DNA of 48,006 nucleotides from a virus (Duplodnaviria; Heunggongvirae; Uroviricota; Caudoviricetes): IMG/VR virus record IMGVR_UViG_2671180673_000006; one strand, 5' to 3'. Shown piece by piece: positions 16,730 to 24,112 of this stretch (position 1 is its first letter; each line of letters starts with the position of its first letter). The notes under the pieces were generated by a model. It saw only the letters and a program-made list of their open reading frames with translations, ran no database searches and was not told where the DNA came from. The position numbers and the translations under genes were made by a program.

Positions 16730-18691
16730 ATGGCATTTAAACACTATGACGTGGTCAGGGCGGCATCGCCGTCAGACCTTGCGAAACGACTGACACAAAA
16801 ACTGAAGGAGGGGTGGCAGCCATTTGGCAGTCCGGTGGCCATCACGCCTTATACCCTGATGCAGGCCATTGCGGCGGAAGGTGATGTCACCACACCTGTG
16901 GTGGTGAAGCCGTCGGATGGAGAAGGCGCAGTTATCAGCACCACCAGCAACCCGGAGTATTACTTTGTTGTTGCCCTGGCCGGGCAGTCAAACGGTATGG
17001 CGTATGGTGAAGGGCTTCCACTGCCGGAGACATATGACCGTCCGGACCCGCGTATTAAACAGCTGGCGCGTCGCAGCACTGTCACGCCGGGTGGTGCGTC
17101 CTGTAACTACAATGACATTATTCCTGCGGACCACTGCCTGCATGATGTTCAGGATTTGAGTAAGTTTTCACACCCGAAAGCCAGTGCAGCTCAGTATGGA
17201 TGCGTGGGGCAGGGATTACATATCGCGAAGAAATTGTTGCCGTTTATTCCGGCGAATGCCGGTATTCTTCTGGTTCCGTGCTGCCGTGGTGGTTCTGCAT
17301 TTTTGGCGGGCGATGAAGGTACCTTCAGCGAATCCACCGGCGCAAGCGAGACCTCGGCACGCTGGGGTGTAGATAAGCCACTGTACAAGGACCTGCTTAC
17401 CCGTACTCAGGCCGCACTGAAGGCCAACCCTAAAAATATTCTGCTTGCAGTGGTCTGGATGCAGGGCGAGTTTGATTTGAAACAGGGTGCATACGCCACT
17501 CAGCCGGGGCTGTTTGATTCCATGGTGGAAAAATATCGTTCTGACCTGTCGGAATTCGGAGGTCAGTGTCTCGGGGGCTCTCCGTCATCGGTTCCCTGGA
17601 TTTGTGGCGACACGACCTACTACTGGAAGCAGACTTATTCTTCGCAATACGATGCGGTGTATGGTGCATACAAGACGAAATCCGCAAAAAAAATCTTCTT
17701 TGTGCCGTTTATGACGGATGAAAACGGGCGAAATGTGGGTACCAACGAGCCGTCAGAAGATCCGGATGTTGCGGATATTGGGTATTACGGAGCCGGTGGT
17801 CGAACGGACGCCAAAACCTGGACGACGGCTGACCGTAAAACGCATTTTGGATCATGGGCACGTCGTGGGATTATTTCCGACCGTCTGGCAACGGCGATTC
17901 TTGTGCATGCCGGGAGAAACGCTGAATTCATTACCGGAAAACAGCCTGATACGGTGAAGCCCACCGGACCTTCCGGTGAAGGTACGGAGAGAGAGCCGGA
18001 AGCCCCGGTCAGTAACCGAACCCTGATGAGTCTGCTGGCGTCCGGCGAAGACCTGGCATCACAGGGCTGGCGCTATTATCACAAACCGGCGAGCGGAGAC
18101 AATGTTAACAAAAACATTGCTGAAGCGGTGGTCAGTGATGCGGGGGCTACGGGAGGTAAGGCCCTGCAACTGAATAAACCGGAAAACCACATCTGGTTTC
18201 TGGAGCATGATGCAGCCGGACAGGGAGTGGAGTTACTGAAGAAGGGGGGACGTGTGAGCGTACGGTTTAAGTTGCCGGGTTCACTGGTGCCGAATCAGTT
18301 TGCCCTGGGCATTTACTGGCAGTTGTCGTCCCTGCCGGAGGGAGTGACGCTGGCAGAGGAAGGCAACGACATGCTGATGTCCTTCTTCCTGCAGACGGAT
18401 GCGACGAACCTGAACGCGATGCACCACAAGAAGCCGAATGCGAAGCTGGATACGTTCGGGGTCTTTGATAACGGATGGCACACACTGGCTTTTGAGTTTG
18501 CCGGAAACAACAGCATTCAGGTGACGCCGGTACTGGATGAGAAACGGGGGACGCCGTTCACACTGGTGAAATCTCCGGCATCAGGGGCGGCGGACAAACT
18601 GCAACTGACAGGCATATCAAAGGCGGCGACATATACGCTGCTGATTGACAGTGTGAAGGTGGAAGTGAACAACGCGGATGCCGCGGCATGA
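16730..18691 (+). CDS. nanS-p: prophage sialate O-acetylesterase (NanS-p type; DUF1737 N-terminus plus SGNH/SASA esterase domain)
   Basis: 653 aa; ATG at 16730 preceded by GGGAGG; N-terminal MAFKHYDVVRAASPSDLAKRL... (DUF1737-like) and the GQSN block (...VALAGQSNGMAYGEG...) of SGNH hydrolases; sits where Stx phages carry it. Confidence 0.7.
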   Translation: MAFKHYDVVRAASPSDLAKRLTQKLKEGWQPFGSPVAITPYTLMQAIAAEGDVTTPVVVKPSDGEGAVISTTSNPEYYFVVALAGQSNGMAYGEGLPLPETYDRPDPRIKQLARRSTVTPGGASCNYNDIIPADHCLHDVQDLSKFSHPKASAAQYGCVGQGLHIAKKLLPFIPANAGILLVPCCRGGSAFLAGDEGTFSESTGASETSARWGVDKPLYKDLLTRTQAALKANPKNILLAVVWMQGEFDLKQGAYATQPGLFDSMVEKYRSDLSEFGGQCLGGSPSSVPWICGDTTYYWKQTYSSQYDAVYGAYKTKSAKKIFFVPFMTDENGRNVGTNEPSEDPDVADIGYYGAGGRTDAKTWTTADRKTHFGSWARRGIISDRLATAILVHAGRNAEFITGKQPDTVKPTGPSGEGTEREPEAPVSNRTLMSLLASGEDLASQGWRYYHKPASGDNVNKNIAEAVVSDAGATGGKALQLNKPENHIWFLEHDAAGQGVELLKKGGRVSVRFKLPGSLVPNQFALGIYWQLSSLPEGVTLAEEGNDMLMSFFLQTDATNLNAMHHKKPNAKLDTFGVFDNGWHTLAFEFAGNNSIQVTPVLDEKRGTPFTLVKSPASGAADKLQLTGISKAATYTLLIDSVKVEVNNADAAA

Positions 18692-18827
18692 TAAAAAAAG
18701 GCCGCCAGCGGCAGGAATGGAAGCTGGCGGAGGTAATCCCAATGGAGAATGTAAAGAAAAGATGCTTTCGTATATCGGTTTTTTAAATGAAAACAGTTCT
18801 CATTGTCAACCATAACGGTAAGAAATT

Positions 18828-19010
18828 ATGACATTTATTCATCAGGTGATGCTGTACTTCTGTACGGCAGTCTGTGTTATGTATCTTCTTTCGGGTGGGT
18901 ACAGGGCAGTGCGCGATTTCTGGCGCAGGCAGATTGATAAAAGGGCCGCTGAGAGAATCAGCGCCAGTCAGTCAGCCGGAAGCAAACCCGAAGATCCGCT
19001 CATTCCGTAG
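18828..19010 (+). CDS. small hypothetical membrane protein (60 aa)
   Basis: Hydrophobic N-terminus (...VMLYFCTAVCVMYLLSGG...); weak RBS; low support. Confidence 0.25.
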   Translation: MTFIHQVMLYFCTAVCVMYLLSGGYRAVRDFWRRQIDKRAAERISASQSAGSKPEDPLIP

Positions 19011-19047
19011 TCACTTTCTTGACAACACCTTTCAACGAGAAAATCCC

Positions 19048-19293
19048 ATGTCAGAAATCACATCCCTGGTCACTGCTGAGGCAGTGAAGGAAGTCCTGCG
19101 CTCTGAAGAAGTCCGGAGTGCACTGAAACAGAAACTCCGCCAGAACCTTGAGGCGCGTCTTGATGCAGAAGTGGATGCCATTCTGGATGAGCTGCTGGGC
19201 GTACCAGCGGTTCCGGAGCCGGAAGGTATCGCGGGTGACGGGAGTGCTTCAGATGGCGGTGAACCCACACCTGACAGCGACATGATGATGTAA
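19048..19293 (+). CDS. hypothetical acidic protein (81 aa)
   Basis: ATG at 19048 inside track ORF 18874..19293; helical, acidic; an upstream start cannot be excluded. Confidence 0.4.
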   Translation: MSEITSLVTAEAVKEVLRSEEVRSALKQKLRQNLEARLDAEVDAILDELLGVPAVPEPEGIAGDGSASDGGEPTPDSDMMM

Positions 19294-19369
19294 GCCTGCG
19301 CAAGGGACCATCGGTGTGTGCCGGTGGTCTTTATATTGTTGTGAGCTTCCGGATAACGGGAGACGGGGT

Positions 19370-19585
19370 ATGTACCAGATGGAAAAAATCACAACAGGTG
19401 TGTCATACACCACGTCAGCGGTGGGAACGGGCTACTGGTTCCTGCAGTTGCTGGACAGGGTTTCCCCGTCTCAGTGGGCGGCAATAGGCGTGCTGGGGAG
19501 TCTGCTGTTTGGGCTGCTGACGTACCTGACTAACCTGTATTTCAAAATCAGAGAGGACCGGCGTAAGGCGGCGCGGGGAGAGTAA
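19370..19585 (+). CDS. S: holin (phage 21 S21-like, dual-start)
   Basis: 71 aa from ATG 19370; two in-frame starts MYQM...; ...[51 protein letters not shown] matches the phage 21 pinholin from memory. Confidence 0.8.
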   Translation: MYQMEKITTGVSYTTSAVGTGYWFLQLLDRVSPSQWAAIGVLGSLLFGLLTYLTNLYFKIREDRRKAARGE

Positions 19586-19589
19586 AGCG

Positions 19590-20480
19590 ATGAATAAAAA
19601 ATATGAACTGGTTGTTAAGGGGATAAATAATTACGGGGATAAGGTTACTGTTACTGTGAAGCCGGAAGGTGACGGGCAAGCGTCGCTGTTGTTGCCAGAT
19701 GTTGCGATTAGTCTTGACCGTACTGAAGGTGCCACGCTGGAGTTTTACGAAGCTGAGGCGAAAAAGCAGGCGAAGCAGTTTTTCATGGATGTTGCTGCCG
19801 GGTTATGTGAAGGGGATGGTCCGTTGCCGGAAAAGCGCCCCGTAATTTTAGAGGCGCAGGATGTGTTGATAACCTACAAAGGAAAACTACCGGGAAGAAT
19901 TACTTGTTCTCTGAAGATGCCGCCGTCAACACTGCGGTCAGAAAAAGATGATGTTGAATCACGTATTGAAAAACTGGAGAGCTACGTCGTTGAGCTGAAT
20001 AAGAAATGGTCGATATTGGTGCCTTCTGGCGATGAAAAGCAGTTTGCTGCGTTTGACGATTATTGTCGGAAAGTGATGAGCAGAAATCTCGCAGAGTGTT
20101 TCAGTATTCATAATGATAATTTCAGTGACCCGGAATGGGAGTGTAACCGGTCATCCTTTGTTGTATCCGGTGATGCTGGGAAAATAACCATCTCAGAAAA
20201 TGGGAAAGTAACACCTCCATCGCACCAGCACAGTGAGGAGCTCATTGAATTTGCCATTGATTACCTGAAGAACAATAAAAAGCAGGGGCTGATGAAGCGC
20301 GTTGGCCGTTGCATGGGATATCTGCAGGTAGCTGCTGAGATTGAAGCGCTGGCCAGTGGTGCTGATAAGGATGCAATTGTGCGGGAGGCTCTTCTTCGTG
20401 ATTTTAATACTCCACCCTTTAAAAAAGTGCCGGCTTACTGGCTTCATCCGGGGCTGACTTATCTTAAAGTGCGTATTTAG
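19590..20480 (+). CDS. hypothetical protein of unknown function inserted in the lysis cassette (296 aa)
   Basis: ATG at 19590 preceded by GGGGAGAG, 4 nt after the holin stop; AT-rich relative to flanks; no motif I can assign. Confidence 0.6.
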   Translation: MNKKYELVVKGINNYGDKVTVTVKPEGDGQASLLLPDVAISLDRTEGATLEFYEAEAKKQAKQFFMDVAAGLCEGDGPLPEKRPVILEAQDVLITYKGKLPGRITCSLKMPPSTLRSEKDDVESRIEKLESYVVELNKKWSILVPSGDEKQFAAFDDYCRKVMSRNLAECFSIHNDNFSDPEWECNRSSFVVSGDAGKITISENGKVTPPSHQHSEELIEFAIDYLKNNKKQGLMKRVGRCMGYLQVAAEIEALASGADKDAIVREALLRDFNTPPFKKVPAYWLHPGLTYLKVRI

Positions 20481-20516
20481 TGGGCCAGGGACAGCGGCTG
20501 AATATTTAATATATCC

Positions 20517-21050
20517 ATGAACACCAAAATCAAATACGGCCTGTCGGCTGCCGTTCTGGCGCTGATTGCCGCTGGTGCGCCTGCGCCTGACATTCTCGAC
20601 CAGTTTCTGGATGAAAAGGAAGGCAAGCACACCACAGCATACCGTGATGGTGCAGGTATCTGGACCATCTGCCGTGGTGCCATCATGGTGGATGGCAAAC
20701 CTGTCGTTCCGGGCATGAAGTTGTCGAAGGAAAAATGCGACCAGGTTAACGCCATTGAGCGTGATAAAGCGCTGGCGTGGGTGGAGAAAAACATCAGAGT
20801 GCCGCTGACCGAACCCCAGAAAGCGGGGATCGCGTCATTCTGTCCGTACAACATTGGTCCCGGTAAGTGTTTCCCGTCGACGTTTTACAGACGAATTAAT
20901 GCAGGTGATCGAAAAGGTGCCTGCGAAGCGATTCGCTGGTGGATTAAGGACGGTGGCAGAGACTGCCGTATTCGCTCAAATAACTGTTACGGTCAGGTAT
21001 CCCGTCGTGACCAGGAGAGCGCGCTGGCGTGCTGGGGTATCGACAGATAA
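20517..21050 (+). CDS. R: SAR endolysin (T4-lysozyme-like muramidase with N-terminal signal-anchor-release segment)
   Basis: 177 aa; hydrophobic N-terminus (...LSAAVLALIAAGAPAP...) followed by the E...D...T catalytic triad (...EGKHTTAYRDGAGIWTICRG...). Confidence 0.8.
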   Translation: MNTKIKYGLSAAVLALIAAGAPAPDILDQFLDEKEGKHTTAYRDGAGIWTICRGAIMVDGKPVVPGMKLSKEKCDQVNAIERDKALAWVEKNIRVPLTEPQKAGIASFCPYNIGPGKCFPSTFYRRINAGDRKGACEAIRWWIKDGGRDCRIRSNNCYGQVSRRDQESALACWGIDR

Positions 21051-21206
21051 GCAGAATATTTTGCTGAAAAATGAGGAATGACCACGCGGGCGGATAACAC
21101 GAAATCCTGCGAACTGGCGAAACGTAAGTGAATAAAAGTAAAAACCCCGTTTGTTGGCACCAAGCGAGGTTTTGTGTTTCTGACCTTGAGTAAGGCAAGG
21201 GAGAAC

Positions 21207-21389
21207 ATGGCGAAGTATAAACGAATTCTGTTGAGGTTGACTATGAAAAATGGCCTTGAACTGAAAGCGCCTGTAACTGATGACATCAGCAGAGCACTGG
21301 CTTTTGCCATTAAGTGGGTGGCGGTCGGTGTTGCTGTGTCCCCGATGCTGTATGGGCTGGCAAAACTGGTCATTGCGTTGAAATCGTGA
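21207..21389 (+). CDS. small hypothetical protein (60 aa) with C-terminal hydrophobic segment
   Basis: ATG at 21207 preceded by AAGGGAGA; track ORF 21174..21389 starts upstream without an RBS. Confidence 0.4.
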   Translation: MAKYKRILLRLTMKNGLELKAPVTDDISRALAFAIKWVAVGVAVSPMLYGLAKLVIALKS

Positions 21390-21403
21390 AGGGAGGATTA
21401 AGC

Positions 21404-21541
21404 ATGTCAGACAAACTCATAACGCTGGCGAAGATCCTCTGTGTAATTGTCGGCATTTCATTTTCACTAATGCTGGTTGCTCTTTTTCTTTCCATGGCCT
21501 GGATGATGTTGTCTTCGTCGGGGTTGCTGGGGGGAACATAA
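21404..21541 (+). CDS. small hydrophobic membrane peptide (45 aa)
   Basis: ATG at 21404 preceded by GGGAGG; [45 protein letters not shown] is one transmembrane helix. Confidence 0.4.
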   Translation: MSDKLITLAKILCVIVGISFSLMLVALFLSMAWMMLSSSGLLGGT

Positions 21542-21546
21542 ACCGA

Positions 21547-22005
21547 ATGCTTTCCGCGTTTATCGTTATTCTGCTGGTGGCCTGTGGTGCGCTGTGGATG
21601 GCAACAGACCATTACCGTGATAACGCGATTACCTACAAAGCGCAGCGCGATAACAAAGCCAGTGAACTGAAGCTGGCGAACGCAACCATTACTGATATGC
21701 AGGTGCGCCAGCGCGATGTTGCTGCGCTCGATGCAAAATACTCGAGGGAATTAGCCGATGCGAGAGCTGAAAATGAAACTCTTCGCGCTGACGTTGCCGC
21801 TGGTCGTAAGCGCCTGCGGATCAACGCCACCTGTCCAGGCTCCGTGCGTGAAGCCCCCACCACCTCCGGCGTGGATAATGCAACCGGCCCCCAACTGGCA
21901 GACACCGTTACACGGGATTATTTCACCCTCAGAGAGCGGCTGATGACGATGCACAAGCAACTGGAAGGGGCACAGGACTATATCCGCACTCAGTGCCTGA
22001 AATAA
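21547..22005 (+). CDS. Rz: i-spanin Rz
   Basis: 152 aa; N-terminal TM segment then coiled coil; ...[68 protein letters not shown]... matches lambda Rz. Confidence 0.8.
   Translation: MLSAFIVILLVACGALWMATDHYRDNAITYKAQRDNKASELKLANATITDMQVRQRDVAALDAKYSRELADARAENETLRADVAAGRKRLRINATCPGSVREAPTTSGVDNATGPQLADTVTRDYFTLRERLMTMHKQLEGAQDYIRTQCLK
21758..21943 (+). CDS. Rz1: o-spanin Rz1 (lipoprotein, embedded in +1 frame of Rz)
   Basis: 61 aa within Rz; lipobox ...LPLVVSAC...; Pro-rich ...[32 protein letters not shown] matches lambda Rz1. Confidence 0.75.
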   Translation: MRELKMKLFALTLPLVVSACGSTPPVQAPCVKPPPPPAWIMQPAPNWQTPLHGIISPSESG

Positions 22006-22316
22006 GTTTTGTTGATGCGCCGTATCGTCGCTATATTCCCTCATTAACAGAGACCGCAGCCCGACAGGGAGACTCCTCTGCGCGAGTGTGCGGGGATAAT
22101 TAAAAACGATGCACACCGGGTTTTTTACCGCGTTAATGATTCGCGGGTTTATCCCGGTGCGATGGTGGAAGAAACAGGAAGCTGTATTACAGAAAGTGCT
22201 ACTACTGTATCCCGATGCGATGTATGTAATGTGAGTCAGATAATGGCACAGGATGTGGTGATGTGGCAGTCTGGAACGCAGGATATATTGTCAGAATAAG
22301 ACCCGTAGGAATAAAA

Positions 22317-22643
22317 ATGAAAAGACGCCTTTTACTACTTTTTCTGTTATCTGTCCTGGCAGTGGGATGCTCGCAGCAAAAAGCTGATGAGCCCCGGCAA
22401 TTAGTGACGGTGTATCCACGATATCCGGAATATGCTGCAGCAAATTATATCAAGGGGCTGGTTGAGGTTAAGTTCGATATTGGTGCTGATGGGACTGTGA
22501 CACGGATCGTTTTTCTCCGCTCAGAGCCTCATAATTTGTTTCGTGATGAAGTGGTGAAGGCCATGGCGAAATGGCGATTTGAAAAGAATCGCCCCTGTCA
22601 GGGAGTGAAGAGACAATTTATCTTTACGCCGTCACGTCCTTGA
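22317..22643 (+). CDS. lipoprotein made of a TonB C-terminal-like domain
   Basis: 108 aa from ATG 22317; signal peptide with lipobox MKRRLLLLFLLSVLAVGC; remainder (...YPRYPEYAAANYIKGLVEVKFDIGADGTVTRIVFLRSEPHNLFRDEVVKAMAKWRFE...) follows the TonB_C pattern. Confidence 0.55.
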   Translation: MKRRLLLLFLLSVLAVGCSQQKADEPRQLVTVYPRYPEYAAANYIKGLVEVKFDIGADGTVTRIVFLRSEPHNLFRDEVVKAMAKWRFEKNRPCQGVKRQFIFTPSRP

Positions 22644-22765
22644 TGCTTCCAGGTAGAGAGGGGCTGGACGCAGGAGAAAAATGAAAGAGCCAGCGGTTAT
22701 ATTTTTGTCATGGCTGACGAGGAATGATGGAAGAAGGCGTTGTATGCCACACAACGCCTCACTGT

Positions 22766-22945
22766 TCATTTCTTCTTTTTCTCTGGTGGAACCCGATGAA
22801 TAAGAGTTGCACTGGTTTCCGATGAGATGGCGATATACTCGGGCAAAGTATGCTGGCAGTTTTCCAACTGGTCAAAAATACCTGCTCTCGTCTGTTGCAA
22901 TGCCTGCAGCATGCGGCGGCAATGCGCCTTGCTTTTACTAACCAT
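22766..22945 (-). CDS. small hypothetical protein (59 aa)
   Basis: Internal ATG at 22945 preceded by GAGGAAGGAAAG; track ORF 22766..23119 overlaps the upstream gene out of frame and is trimmed. Confidence 0.4.
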   Translation of the reverse strand: MVSKSKAHCRRMLQALQQTRAGIFDQLENCQHTLPEYIAISSETSATLIHRVPPEKKKK

Positions 22946-23006
22946 CTTTCCTTCCTCTATCAGTCGCTGCGTGAACTCATCATGTAATACCAGGTAAATG
23001 CGGATG

Positions 23007-23258
23007 TTATCGGTTTTGGCTACGCAGCATAGTACAAAACGGACAGGTGCATCCCGGGACGGGGGAGGCGTCACATGTCCCTGTGATGGTTGTTCCGGGT
23101 AATGCACTGTGTGGGGCATAAAAATGTCCGATAATTTTACTTTCTACCGCAGTTAGTTGATTCGTTGGTCCTGGTAGCACATTGGGCGAGGATTTAAATG
23201 CCAGGCAACTGAAGGATGATGTTGCAAGGGAGATAGCGAGAATATTTCTGATTTTCAT
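23007..23258 (-). CDS. small secreted Cys-containing protein (83 aa)
   Basis: ATG at 23258 with GAGG upstream; signal peptide MKIRNILAISLATSSFSCLA then a mature part with five Cys (...TGTCDASPVPGCTCPFCTML...); AT-rich, opposite strand to flanking late genes. Confidence 0.45.
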   Translation of the reverse strand: MKIRNILAISLATSSFSCLAFKSSPNVLPGPTNQLTAVESKIIGHFYAPHSALPGTTITGTCDASPVPGCTCPFCTMLRSQNR

Positions 23259-23394
23259 TTGATGATGCCTCTGTGTGAAATGACGGTAAACGACGCACTT
23301 GTGCCGGCACATAATAGCAAGCACCATAATAGATCAGATTCGATTCTTGCTGTAAGTGATAATTATTCTCGTTTTCGGGTCCTTTCCGTCGATC

Positions 23395-23470
23395 CAACAG
23401 GTTACGGGGCGGCGACCTCGCGGATTTTCACTATTTATGAAAATTTTCCGGGATCCATGTCCGGTTTCTC
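23395..23470. other. cos: cos site (cosN cohesive-end sequence and flanking cosB-like sequence)
   Basis: GGGCGGCGACCT at 23407-23418 equals the lambda 12-nt cohesive end as I recall it; followed by ...CGCGGATTTTCACTATTTATGAAAATTTTCCGG...; about 185 bp upstream of the Nu1-like gene. Confidence 0.65.
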
Positions 23471-23602
23471 TGCAAGTTAACCATATGAAAAATATAAAAA
23501 CATGCTTTCCATGAACCGGACATGCGCAAAAAATAGACACTAAAACCGGACATGACCGGTTTTGTTGTGATTGTGAGGTGAGAGTTTTTTGCGAGGTGAG
23601 GA

Positions 23603-24112
23603 GTGGCTACGCAGACTGAAGTTGCCAGGCATTTAAGTCTGACCGATCGCCAGCTTCGCAGATTGCAGAAATTGCCGGGTGCCCCGATATCGAATAAGCG
23701 AGGGCAACTGGATCTGGATGCCTGGCGCGATTTTTACATATCGTATCTGAGAAGAAGTAAAAACGATGTGCCTGATGGCGATAGCGAAGACGACTATGAG
23801 GAGAAATTGCTTATTGCCAGATGGGAACTGACAGCAGAACAGGCTGTTACACAGCAGTTAAAAAATGAGGTGTCAAAAGGAAAACTTATTGANACCGGGT
23901 TCTGTATTTTTGCCCTCAGCAAGCTGGCAATGGCGTTATCCAGTACGCTTGATTCCATCCCTTTATCCATGCAGCGACAGTTTCCTGATTTAACACCGCG
24001 CCATCTTGACCATCTGAAAACCCTTATTGCGAAGGGGGCAAATCAGTGTGCGCGGGCGGGGGATAAATTACCGGATTTACTCGATGAATATATCAGAGCA
24101 ACAACTGAATAA
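23603..24112 (+). CDS. nu1: terminase small subunit (Nu1-like)
   Basis: 169 aa; GTG start at 23603 preceded by GAGGTGAGGA; ...GFCIFALSKLAMALSSTLDSIPLSMQRQFPDLTPRHLDHL... matches lambda Nu1; overlaps the start of A; contains an n at 23883. Confidence 0.8.
   Translation: MATQTEVARHLSLTDRQLRRLQKLPGAPISNKRGQLDLDAWRDFYISYLRRSKNDVPDGDSEDDYEEKLLIARWELTAEQAVTQQLKNEVSKGKLIXTGFCIFALSKLAMALSSTLDSIPLSMQRQFPDLTPRHLDHLKTLIAKGANQCARAGDKLPDLLDEYIRATTE

Noticed and set aside
18692-18740. Hairpin CCGCCAGC...GCTGGCGG after the NanS-p-type gene as a terminator
   Set aside because: On the plus strand it is not followed by a T-run; an A-run precedes it so it could act on the minus strand, but no minus-strand gene is upstream. 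Left unannotated.
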